DNA of 64,000 nt from the human T2T-CHM13v2.0 reference genome, Homo sapiens, in assembly GCF_009914755.1 (NCBI RefSeq), contig NC_060935.1. The stretch is one strand, 5' to 3'. A program made the translations under genes and the position numbers. Positions 10,801 through 23,942 of this stretch are shown in pieces (within the stretch, counting starts at the first letter, position 1; each line of letters opens with the position of its first letter). Under the pieces are notes generated by a model. It did not search any database. It had not been told where the DNA came from and saw nothing but the letters and a program-made list of their open reading frames with translations.

Positions 10801-12229
10801 TTTTCGCATTTCAGTTAAGTTCCACTCAACCCAGTAAAATTACAAAGACAGTACTAGGGAAAAGCTATATGAATAAAGACCTGATCAGAAATCAGCCTCC
10901 TTGAATTCCAGTTTGAGATTTGCTGGCATCTCACTCTGTGATCTGTGCTTCAGGATTCTCATCTGTGAAAGAAGAAAGACTACTGCAACTGCATAGTTCT
11001 ATATCTGAAAGAATTTATCCACTTTTCCTTTCAATGTATTCACTCATTCATTCAGTGGTCACCTTTGGTGTATATATAAGCTATTCCTATTGTCAAAAGT
11101 AAAAATACAACAGAGAAGTTGCATGCTTCATGCCTGCTTGTAAAAATACCTGAGGTGACATTTACCAACATTATGATGGATTATTTTCAGAACCCCAAAC
11201 TTGATCCAGCCATACTCTTTTCCATCTCAGGAAATACCAACTCTACTTTTCAGGTTGGTTCGAGCCCAAATAACATAGAGCCAGCCTTTACTCCTCTCTC
11301 TCCCTCCCCACATCCAATTCATAAAAGAAATCTGGGTGCTTGCCCCCCACTTTCAAAACATATTTACTTGCATTCATCCTCTCTTACAACCCTATTACTA
11401 TCATCTCTTGCTCAGATTATGTAAGGAAACTCCCAATTACCTCCCCGCTTCAGCAGTAAAAGCCCTAAAATTATTCTTAATATCTAGCTAGAGTAATCCT
11501 CTTAACATACAAATCCCATCATGTCACTTCCCTTCCCAAACACTGTAATGACCCATCATTTCTAGAGTAAAAGCTAATCCCTATGATGACCTAAAAGGCC
11601 CCATAACGTTGGTTCAGACCCTAAATATCTCTTTTACAACAAATATTATATAGCACCGTTCACTCTGCTGAAATAGTATTCAATAATATCTTATAGATAA
11701 ACATTGAATTTCTCAAAATATAAATATAATTACTAACAATACCACCACTGTTATTTGAAGGAGAACTAAAAGGAAAGCATTTACCTAAAAAAAGTATGTA
11801 ATGTATAAATGCTCAGAAACCACTGTACAAGAAAACACAGTGAAATAGTAGCCCGGGCATTATCATAAAGAAAATTTGAAATTGAAGAGAAGTAAGTAGT
11901 TCAGAAGCCAAGAAGTCCAAGAAATATGAGAGAACAGGTAGACATTGGCCTATAAGCCAATATTAAATTAGGTAAATAATAGCAAACTAGATTTATGAGT
12001 GTATGATAAGAGAAGGAAGGAAATAACTTTAAAGTGAAGATAATATTATGAGACTAATAACAAACTGTACAATTGAGATAATGAAAATATATGATATTGC
12101 AAACTAGCTAAGCCTAAATTATCACTTGAGAGTGAGAAGAATTCCCTATACATTGACTTGTGACAGGGTAGTGATAAAGTAGCACAGATGGCATATCTTA
12201 GTCTTGAAATCCCACTGCATATCAAGGCA

Positions 12230-12690
12230 TTTAAATCAGTTGGCTATTGCTATATAACACCCGCCTCCAAACTCATTGGCTCAAAAACCAAAAATTTATT
12301 ATTTCTCATAACTCTGAGGTCAGGCTGGGTGATCTCTCTGGTTTCATCAGGACTTTCATGTAGCTTCAGTAACTTGGAAGATCAATGGAGAGAGGTCTGA
12401 CATGGCCTCACTCACAGGTCTGGTAACTTGTATTGGCTGTTGGCTAGGTGTCTCTGTTCTCTATGTGTCCACTGCTGCTCCTGAAGCTAGATCAGCTATG
12501 CCACCTTCCTTACATAGCAGTATCAGGGCAGCATTCCAAGAGGACAAAGGCAGAAGCTACAAGGCTCAGAAGGCCTAGGCTCCAAGCTCACAGAACATCA
12601 CTTTGGCTACATTCTGCTGGTCAAAGCAAGTCACAAAACTGGCCAAAGTTCACAGGGTGGATAAAGAGACTCCACCTCTTTCAGTCTTTA
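12230..12690 (-). mobile_element. MLT1 LTR
   Basis: tttattatttctcataactctg...caaagcaagtcacaa...gactccacctctt. Confidence 0.7.
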
Positions 12691-13010
12691 GTATTTAAAA
12701 AGACCCTAGAAAGCATACCTTTCAATAACTACTAGAGAATGGAGGCTGAAGAAAGAAACAGAAACTCAAGATACTATAGACAGATTAAGTGGTATAAATT
12801 TGAAGATAGCAACAACAATGATCATAATAATGCAACACTCTTACATAGTATTTACTATTTGCCAGGCTCTGTTAAAAGTATTTGTATACAATAAATCATT
12901 TACTCCTCACAGACATCCTTTGAGATAGATGTTTTTATTACCACTATTTTACACATGTGAAAACCAGGTATATAAAAGTTAAGTAATTTACGCCAAGGTC
13001 ATGCAGCTAG

Positions 13011-13451
<441 letters not shown>

Positions 13452-13949
13452 TAACCTTATATCTACTTTACACACTCTGGATTACTTACTATTAGGTCAC
13501 TAAAAAGTTGAAAATATGTAGAGGCAAAAATAGTAAATATTTTAAAAACAATTTAGTAAATTAAATTCAATGAAGTCCTTATATTTTCAATACTTGTACT
13601 AATTTATTAATTTAAAAAGAGAATCAAATCTCCTCAGTTACATAATTGCAATTGGTTTAGTTGTTTTTGCAGTAACTAGGCCATTTTACTAAAACCAGTT
13701 ATGGCTAAGCATGTAATGAGCAGCACATATGGAATAGACAGATTGTTCAAAGTAAGTAAATTGTTCAATAATTTTAAGACAGTGTTTTTATTTCATTTAA
13801 TTTCTGGAAAATGTGCTAATTTATAGTGTGTGTATAACTTTTTATTGTAAAGTTACTGTGCACTAAGGTAATACTAATATGTGCAGTAGTTTTTGAGCAT
13901 TACGGCATTAAAATATCATGCAGTGCAGAGTGAAATTACTCATTGTATA

Positions 13950-14100
13950 TGTGCCTTTACACACTGAAAGACATCTGATGTCTCTGCCCTCAACTCCCTA
14001 AACATCAGTAGTGACTCCTAATCATTGTGACAACCAAATATCCTACAAATATCCCAAGTGCTCCCTCTGTGTGGCACTAGCTCCACTGAGACCCCTGCTG
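13950..14100. mobile_element. MER20-like hAT-Charlie end
   Basis: gtgacaaccaaata...ctgagacccctgct resembles the MER20-family terminus. Confidence 0.4.
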
Positions 14101-14805
14101 TATATAACTGGGCACTCCCATCTCTTTGATCTTATCTTTTACCATTGTCCCCTTTGCTCTCTCCTCTCCAAGCACACTGATTTCTTTGCTGTCCTTCAAC
14201 ATGCCAGTCACACTCCTTTTCTAGGGCCTTTGCATCTGTGACTACTTCAGCCTGAGATGCACTTCCCTTGTCTGGTGCAATTATTTGCTTTCTTCCAGTC
14301 TCCATTTAGACGTCTTATTTTACTTGAAGTTTCATATGATCACCCTCTATGAATATGGACATTCTCTACTCATACCAGCATTCCTCCTCTCTATCTCATC
14401 CTATTTACTTTACTTTTTCTCCATTTGTTTTTGTAGGACAGGACAGCATAGTTATTTAGCATATGATATCTAAAGTTAGACTGCCTGGTTTGAAAAACTG
14501 TTACTTGCTAGCTTTATGTCACTTAGCAAGTTACTTAATTCTATATGCCTCAGTTTTCTAGTCTGTTAAAAGGAGGTGACAGTACCTGTCTAAAAAAGAT
14601 TGTTTTAAGGCCAAAAGACTTAACACACATAAGGAACTTAGAGAAGTACTTAGCACATAGTTAAATACCATATATATTTGTATTATGATTTTCTTACACA
14701 GTATATGTTTATTGACTGCCCTTCTCTGCTATGAAGTAAGCTCCATGACAGCAGGAACTTGGTGCAATGCTTTATGCCTAGGGCTACGAGAATGCCTAGA
14801 ACAAG

Positions 14806-14921
14806 CTGGGTGTGGTGGCAAACTTCTGTAGTCCCAGCTACTTGGGAGGTTGATTCAGGAGAATCACTTGAGCCCAGGAGTTTGAGAACGGCCTGGGAAA
14901 CATAGCAAAAGCCCCATCTCA

Positions 14922-14960
<39 letters not shown>

Positions 14961-14970
14961 GTAAATAAAT
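14806..14970 (+). mobile_element. Free Alu monomer (FLAM-like) with (TAAA)n tail
   Basis: Single ~115-bp monomer followed by (TAAA)n. Confidence 0.85.
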
Positions 14971-15978
14971 ACATGGAAAAAAAGAAGAGTGCCTTTTTAA
15001 GTATCTTAAGAGTAGATGCTTAATGAGTATTTACTGAGTGAATAGTCATAAAAATTACATTACATAAAACTATGGAATCAATAACACTTTTTAAGACTTC
15101 CTAAAAAGTGTTCATTTGCCTGAGTGACTTTTGAAGGCTAGAATAATGTTTTATACTCATATAGCTTACATATTTAAAAAAAAATAGGTCTCTTTTCAGT
15201 CTCCTGCAGTGACTTTAGGAATGATATTGGATAATGAAAATAAATACCTTATTAATAGAAACTTATGTTTGATCACATTTCTATATAGAGCATGCAAATT
15301 CAATTTTGAACATGATGTCTTCATTGAGAATCATTGTAAAGCCAAAACACCACTGCCTCATTTCCCTCACATTAAATAATTCCCATATTTGTATTATTTA
15401 GCAATTCCTTTCGTTAAAATGTACTTTTCAAAAATGTTTCCATTTCCTCATTAAAAATTAGTCTTATTATAATTTGTATTAAAATGCCCTCTACTCTCTG
15501 ACGGAAAGGCCACTAAGTAGAGATACAGAAAAAATTAGGTTCTCAGGTCACTTTACTATTCAAAAATCTTAACTAAGTCATTTATCTGTATCTCAGTTTT
15601 CTTAGCTGGAAAATTGCCGTACTCATGAGAAATGTTCTGTTTGCTTTTCAGAATGATAACGTTCACAATAATAAAAAATAACATCAGCCCTCTTTATTGC
15701 AAACCTCCTACAAATGAGGCCATACATTAAGCGCTCACATAGAGGTTCTCATTTGATCATTAAAATAGCCCTGTGGGATTGTCATCATTATTTTCCTTCT
15801 ACAGATGGGAAAATAGATATGTCTGTCTCCAAAGCTTAGGCTTTTTACAAAAACATTTTAATGTCTTTCTCATAATGTGTAATTATCCTGAAAATCAGTG
15901 AGTGTTCTTCAACTACCAGGTGCTATCATCAAGAGGATGAGAAAAAAAAATTAGAGAAGAATGGAGAAATCATCTTAC

Positions 15979-16317
15979 CTCATAAGTGCTGGTGATACCA
16001 GATCTGTAGAACACAGGGAGAAAGAGCTCTGATGTTAAGAGGATGACAAATAGGTAAGCAATGAAGAAGACTAGGAAGGATGCCCCAAAGCGGTAGACTT
16101 CAGAAGGGGTCCCCAGGACCGTGACAGCTGACATGAAGCTGGCTGTCAGAGACAAGCCGACAGGGCCAAAGCTCATTTGCCTTCCCCCAACCAGGAACTC
16201 TCGGGAAGTTGCCTTTTTTCTCTCCTTAATGGCAAAGAACACCCCAATTCCAGAGGAAATGAAAAAGAGGGCTGCAAATACAACATAATCCCAAACTGCA
16301 AAGTTCTTCACCTCCAT
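15979..16317 (-). CDS. SLC5A12: SLC5A12 coding exon 1 (aa 1-113, MEVKNFAVWD...GITSTYE)
   Basis: Translation matches the SMCT2 N-terminus of the sodium:solute symporter family (SLTASFMSAVTVLGTP). Good Kozak context (aatATGG). Donor GAG|gtaaga at 15978. 339 nt, phase 0. Confidence 0.97.
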
Positions 16318-16730
16318 ATTGGAAAGTATGACACCAGAGAGTTTCTTTCAACGAGGTCTCAGGAAGAAGATGTTTCCAAAAGCAAAGTTCAGTACAGTGG
16401 ATGCTTTGCTGAGAGGAGAGACTGTGATTCCCTGAAGAAAATGATTACCAGAGGCACTCGTGTGAATCTTCAGACACCAACGTGTACTTAGTGAAGATCT
16501 CAAAAGTTGACTTCAAAGAAGAATCTGGTGGTGGTATTGGCACCAAGAGATGAGAATTTGAAATCTGACCCTAGCTAAGAGCTGTCTGCTCCTCTCCTAA
16601 AGCATATGCCACAGAGAAGGAATTCAGATGTGTTCTGAAATTAATAACCACTGGGGGTGGAATGGACTGGCCAGATAACATGCTGTTTTATCTCTTAGAT
16701 TTTTTTTAACTTAAGGTTAAACATTACTGG
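16318..16730 (-). promoter_or_regulatory. SLC5A12: SLC5A12 5'UTR/proximal promoter (non-CpG-island) with HNF1-like and HNF4/DR1-like motifs
   Basis: Lies directly upstream of the ATG. HNF1-like GTTAAACATTACT at 16716-16728 and GGTTATTAATTT (minus) at ~16638-16649. CAAAGTTCA at 16383-16391. The exact TSS cannot be read from sequence. Confidence 0.55.
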
Positions 16731-18029
16731 GAAACATAGAATTGATAACAATTTACCACCTCAGCATTTTTAATTCGTGAGATGGAATCTGTAAAATGCA
16801 AACACAATCCTCAGCAGTGTCTTCCTCTTGAAGAAGGGAGAGTGAAGGCTGTGTGCCTGCAATTGTCTGAGGCAGTGGATGTGGAGAGAAAGAAGCAAAG
16901 GACTAGGAATTCAGAGACCTTTGCTCGAGTCCTGGCTCAACCACGAGAAAGCCATGAAACATTTCATAAATCATTTAACATTTCTGAACTTCACCTGGAA
17001 CACAGGGATAATAAGACCTTACAAGGTCTTTAAAGACTTAAGTCTTAAACTTCCTGACTCTCTTTGTCTTGATCTGTAAAATGAAAGGTAATAATATGTA
17101 CCCCATTGGCTATTATCTGTGCTTACAGCAGAGCACTCTGGAACATCATAGCTTTTCTTTCTTTATTCTAGGACCTAGAAAAATCAATTTGCCATTAATT
17201 AATAAATTATTTATAGCCTTCAACTTTATCTTGTCTTTCTCTTATTTTCACCAGGTTACTATCACTGTACCCACAGGCTAAGTTAGAATTAGGACCAGGA
17301 CAAATTAGAGAAGGAAGGTAACAATCCAGTTATAAATTCCTGTTTCTGCTCTCTTTAGACTCTGTCAATTGTTCCAAAGTACCTCTAGTGCAATTTCTAA
17401 TTTTGTTCATGCTTCTCCTCCTTCTTCAGTGGCCTTCTCCATCCCCACCTCTACAAAGCTTGTGTATTCTACAAGATCTAGTATGAGTTTTCTCTACTCT
17501 GTGAAGCTTTTCTGCCTCTCCACGTCAACTCCTGTAGAACGTAGCCTCCCTAGTACTCATTTTGTACTCAGCCATCATCTTGCCTATTTTAGGGAATCTC
17601 TATGTAACCGGCTACAGGAGTCTGTCAGCTGTTCAAATGACATTTCCTTGAAGACAGAAGCAAAGCTCTAGTCCATATACCCAATACATTATAGCCATTG
17701 TAGAAAATAAAAAAAATAATTTTTAGAAAGGAGAAAACTAAAATTATCCATAATGCCCAAAGACAGAAACATTTCCAGCCAAACAATAAAACAAAAAACG
17801 CTCTAATTTTGCTTTTCACATCTGGATAACTGAATAAATCTTTGCTTCATGAATTTGAATTAGACCAAAGAAAGGTTTAATTAGATAGCTAAAGTATGCT
17901 TTTAGTTACCAATAAAAATATGAAGACTCTCCCAAGAGCTGTCTGTGTCCTCTGTTTAAATTCCTCCACTAGATTTGGAGATTTGATATGATAAATGTTA
18001 CTGCAAATCTTGGTCTTTAATATATTTAC

Positions 18030-18190
18030 CTTAACCTGGGCTTTTAATTATTTGTATCATGAAGTATTCCAATTATATATGAGGTTTTTGTTGTGATCTC
18101 AGCAGAAAATCAGAACTTTTTTAGCTTTCAGAAACTTGACTCCTTTATAGTTTAATATTTACACTACCTAATGGTTAATATTCAATCTAT
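18030..18190 (-). promoter_or_regulatory. Candidate upstream alternative promoter/non-coding first exon (HNF1 site + TATA + donor)
   Basis: TGGTTAATATTCAAT at 18172-18186, minus-strand TATAAAG at 18143-18149, donor AAG|gtaaat at 18029. Confidence 0.4.
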
Positions 18191-19078
18191 AAAACATGTA
18201 ATCCCCTTGTATAAGTCAGGTTAAGAATGGTTCAAAACATTATCATCAATAACTTTCTAAAGGTACATACTAGAAACCTATAACAAAAGAGTTAATGAGT
18301 ACTGATGGTTTTAATTAAACTTTGTGTAGTAACAGTATTATCTGCATGACTCCAATTAGTCTTGAATTTTGAAGTGGTAGGGAGCAGATTGGTTAATACC
18401 TGGGATATGAAGAAACCTTTATGCCTCTTAGGAAAGTATTCCTTGCTTTCAACATTTTGTTGATTATAAGGCACAGCATCAATTCAGTAATTTAATTTTC
18501 AGTTATTTTCTACATATTTACCCTTTTCTCCCTTTGGTAGCATTCGTTGTCCTCAAACGCTCTTCTTAATTCCATAAAGACTCACTCCATGCAAAGTTCA
18601 TGCAGATTGTAAAGCACAGCAGCAATTCATAACTTTTCAGGTGAAAAAAAAAAAACCCCAGTACATTCAATGACCTCATTAATTAGAAGGCACATTTCTA
18701 TATCAGAAATGTTAATATAGCGAGAAGGAGGGAAAATATGCTTCTTCGACCTGAAGAAATCCCTGTAGCGCCTCTACCCTCTCTCATGTGCACAGAATAC
18801 TGCCATTTGTATTTGACTCATTTAGTGTAAGGCTTGAGACCCTGTCAGAATATAAACACCATCACCTGTTACTCATACATGGCCTTAACAAGGTCCTGCT
18901 ACTCAATTACTCACATGCTTAACAAGTTAAATTTGTAATTGCTAACATTAGTAGTCTCCGCAATGTAAAATAGTTCAGCAATTTGCATGCAACAAGTTGT
19001 AATGGGAAAGAAAGAGTTTGATGATATCAAATGCTACCAAAAGAGAAAAAGGTAAAGAACTGGAAGAAATGGGGCATT

Positions 19079-19109
<31 letters not shown>

Positions 19110-19314
19110 ACACCATTGTTGCAATGTTGCTAAGAGTGAACTCTGCACACCATGGTTATTTTGGCCTGGGATCAAAGAGAAGAAAATGCACATGAACAAG
19201 CCTTGGTCATTTGAGACTAGACTTTCACTAAATTGGTGTCTTCCTTCATCTGTTCTCAAAGCCAATGGGAGTAGGAGTGGTGTACAAGAATAAAATGGCT
19301 ATTATTTTGCTCTA

Positions 19315-19645
<331 letters not shown>

Positions 19646-20694
19646 CTAGGAAGTGGCAAGATTAAAACTATGTTTCAGAAAAATTATTATAATAATTTTT
19701 ACATATTTCAGTCCAATGAATATTAAGGATGGCTCAAAGAATTCCTCACAATGTGAATAAGCTGCTTAATTGAGATAGTGAAAGTAGTCCTCCCCATAGA
19801 GCTTTCTCTCAATGAGCATGCCTATCAAACAAATTCCTGGGAGGCAAATTGGTGATGCCAAACTATACTTTAACAGAAATTATGGGTTAAAAAAACAAAC
19901 TGCAAAGCAACTGTGGCCATTGCCTCCTTCCAGGAGGAATTGAGTAATTCCTATCCTGAAGAGGATAATTCAATATAATGCTTACTTCTGCTTACAGAGA
20001 TTGATAGGGAAAAAACCATGTCCAATAATTTTATCATAAAAGACAAAAGACTGCAAATCCAGAAGTTCTCCTCTTCCTGTAAGCTATAAAAGATATGGCC
20101 TACAACAGCGGCTTCTTGATTGGCTGATATCTTTATGAATATAGAAAGGGTTGATCTGATGAGCAGGTGGGGAAGATAAAAGAACTCTGCTTGCGAATAA
20201 ACAGACCTTTAATTTTTTTTTTCTTTTTAGTCCATGGGAATGATATTGGAGACTTGTCATAGGAGTGAAGACAAAGAAGTGGCACAAAAATCTGGCTGGT
20301 GGCACGGACGTTTCTCAAAAAATATCCCATTGTAAGGAAGAGCTGATGAGATTTTAATAATGGGAATAACTCATATTAAATATTTTTTGTTGTGCTGTGC
20401 TGGGGGATAAATTCCTTCTTTACTCCCAGTGTTTAGGGAAAACTTGCTACATCATTGACATTGTATTGTATTTTATCATTAAATTAAAGGGAAAGAAGTT
20501 TGTGTTCCACTTTAGGCTCAAAATGGTGGTAGAGATGGATAACTGTTAGAGGAGGTAAAACTCACAAAGGACGTAGAGAATACAGCAGAAACAGAAATTG
20601 GAGAAAGATCTCCTGGGATCTTTACAGTCTTGAGGTTGAAGAGGAAAAGACCACTTGGTATTCGATTCTACCAAAGTCAGAAGGTTGAGCTTTC

Positions 20695-20818
20695 TTTTCT
20701 TTATTTTTCTTTTTTCTCTTCCTCTTTTCTCTCCTTCCTTCCTCCTTCCTTCCTTCCTTCCTTCCTTCCTTCCTTCCTTCCTTCCTTCCTTCCTTCCTTC
20801 TTCTCCCTCTCTATCTCT
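20695..20818. repeat. (CCTT)n polypyrimidine tract
   Basis: Seen directly. Confidence 0.95.
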
Positions 20819-23742
20819 CAAAGGGAAAGGTAATCTGAGAATGCTGGAAGGTTGAAGAATTTGAGTTGAGGATTTGCCACTCCACTTTCATTCAAATACC
20901 CTTATTAGAAAAATGTTTGCCCTCCAAGGCTATTTGTGTTAAGTGGAAAACATTCTTTAGCCCCAACAAAAGACCAAGTCTCTTTTTACAGTCTCTTACT
21001 AAGGTATCTTGTGATTTTGGACATATCACTTAATTTCTCTGATTCTTAGTGGCCGCATTTGTAAAAATGAGAATATATCAGATTAATAGCAAGATAATTA
21101 AATCAACGTAAGTAATTAAATTACCTTTTCAAGTCTGCTCAAATGTCACCTTCCTTGACCACCCTATTTAAATTGCAAACCCTAACACTCAAAATCTCCC
21201 TTCACAGCTGTAAATTTTCTCCAAGAAATGTATCCTTTACTAATATACTATATATTTTAAATGTTAGCATCCCTCTACTGGAATGTAAGCCCCTAAAGGA
21301 CTTTGTCTATTTTACTCTCCGATGTACTCTTAGCATCTAGAAGTTCCTATCCCATAGTAGACACTCAATAAATTAAAATAAATTACGTGAATTCTAGGAG
21401 TCTCTTCCATGTTTACAATTTATGTTTAATTCCTCTTTTACTGAAAAAAAAACCTAAGTTTTTCAAGCTTTTATTTAGATTGAAATATTTATCTATTCAC
21501 AAACATGTTTCCATGCAAATAAAAACTGAATTTATATTCCATCCTATCCGATTCCTGTAATTCATTGTAACTAAATGTGACTGTGGCTAATCATTTATTC
21601 ACATATTCTACAGACACTTAACAAATGTGAAAAGAGATGTTGACTCAAACTTTTAGGAGGCAAATTTCAGAGTCCACTTAGAAAGGTCAGCAGAGAACAT
21701 TATTTAATATTAAAACAGACTAATGCCAGCACCATTCCACAGTAAACAAGTAGAACATTTAAGCAGAATATTCAGCTGGGAGGGCAACTGAGCGTGAGGT
21801 TCAAGGTCCTTAGCTAATTGTCTCATGGATCTCAATCATCCACTCCATTGTAGAATGGCAAAGGGGAAAACCAGCATGATCTACTATCGGCTCAATTTTG
21901 CTAAATAAGCATGAAGGGAAAGATGTCTTATTTAGTTCAGGCTTGTAGGGACTTAAACAGGACGTTTGAATAGGCCTCAAAAAAGGAAGAAATTCTCAAA
22001 TACTTTATAAACAAATGGAACTTCAATTAAATTCAAACAAGATTTAATATTGAGTGATTTTTATTACTCAAATTCTTTGGAAATACACTTCACACAAGCT
22101 CAGAGGCAATTCTATCAGTTACCAGTTGAACTCTTCAGTCTTCCATTTCTTGGCAATTCCAGTGTTCTTTATGCCACCTTGGCCCATCACTAGGTATCAC
22201 TCTGAATAAATGACTTTTGCATATTTTCCAAACTGAAAACCAGTGGATATTTGTCATCACTGGGAATACACAAATAAATGTAGCCCATTTATATGGTGCA
22301 CATTATCACCCAATTGAGTCGCTGATAAAAAACTATGCTCTATAGTTACTACTGTTCAACACATTTTTGCAAGACTTTCTTTTGATACTACCATGATACA
22401 AGTAATTACGTTCTCAAGTGTTTAGTGGCAAATCAAAGACATTGCTATCCTTCTTTATAAGTGATCAAGCTGATAATAATGAAGGTCCAGCCTCAGGTCA
22501 TTCATCTTCTTCAAGTGGTCAGAATTTTAGTGATGTTTGTGTGTGTTCATATATCTGAAAATTCTGAAAAGGCTTGATTTCTTCACTAAGTTGCCAGGCC
22601 CTGGAAGGTTTTGTTTTGGGGTCATGATGCATGGAAAATTACTCATAAATGGAGTTCCCATTAGAATTCAGCTTTTCAGGTGCCTATTTAGAAATTACTT
22701 CAATTAATGTGAAATGCTTTTCCTCATATTAAAATCAGACAAGTCTGAATTCAAGTTTCAGCTCAGCCATTTACCGACTTTGGGGAAAGTTGCTTTAACT
22801 CTTTGAGTTGAAGTTTCTTCATCGTGGAACTCAGGATTATACCTAATCCATAGACAAAGCATGGTAGGTGGAAAGGTACCAGAATAATTTAGCACAACTT
22901 TCCAGCCTACCTTTCTGACTATAGGCATACTTATACAAATCCTATGTAAAGTTTTTAGCTCCCTTTCTGGGTGGCTTGGATTTATTTTATTTTATGTATA
23001 GCTCTTTTTTAAATTGAAGGTTGCTCTTGGTGGCCCTGCTTATGGTTTTCAGATACATTTTATGAACTTAAATGAAATGATACATGTCAACTGACTGATA
23101 TGTACTTAGGTGCTCATTAAGTGGAAGCTCTTATTAAGAATGAAGACTGAAGGCATATGAATCAGATAAAGCCAGGATCAAAGTTTTGCTTAGCCATTTG
23201 CCAACTTTATCACCTTGAACAAGTTACTTCATTTCTTTGGTAATTAGCCTACTCATCTTTAAAATGGAAATGGGACCCTTTTAACGGGGTTGTTGTGAGA
23301 ATTAAAGATATGTGTCAACTACGTCATACAAGCAAGCATATCATAGGAATTTCAAAAATGCTATTGTTATTGCGTCTATCACATTTCAACATTTGCAACT
23401 TCCAATGCTATTCTGGAAAGAACAGAGTCTAGGAAAGTAAAACAGAAGCTACCATATTATCACCTATAATACTTCCTGACCCAGGAGGACAAAAGTCAAA
23501 TTTCTGATTTGGAGTTCCCTTGATATTTGCTCTATTCTATATCTAGAAATTCTGTATAATGTCTAGATTATGGAAATCCTCTCTATTTCATTGCACTGAT
23601 GTAGTCCCTTGTTTTGTGTGTTGTTACATCATTTCTTTCTATCTTTTCAGATGATCTCCTTGCACCCTAGGGTGGAAATATTCTTACAAATGTTCTTACA
23701 AATGTGTGAAAAAAAATCTTTTTTCATCTTTGTTTTGTGATG

Positions 23743-23942
23743 CAGGGGTGTCTAAAAGAGAGAATACAGTCATGGGTTCTTAGCTTCTGTTTCTGATTAG
23801 GTCAGTAAAGCCCCTTCCTCATCCTTCTTTTCCACTTATCACTAGAGACAGAAACTAAAAACCATGGCTTCAGCATGCTAAAAGCCTAAAACAAAACAAA
23901 ACAGAACAATAACAACAAAATAAGGTGAGTTGGACAAGCTTG
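23743..23942. mobile_element. hAT-Charlie MITE (MER107-like)
   Basis: Imperfect TIRs caggggtgtct / ggacaagcttg, 200 bp. Confidence 0.75.

Noticed and set aside
16597-16605. Upstream ATG-CTT-TAG mini-uORF on the gene strand
   Set aside because: The TSS is unknown, so it may not be in the mRNA; there is no supporting evidence.
16177-17079. Plus-strand ORFs antisense to or upstream of exon 1
   Set aside because: Short, mostly non-ATG starts, no recognisable domains or splice structure.
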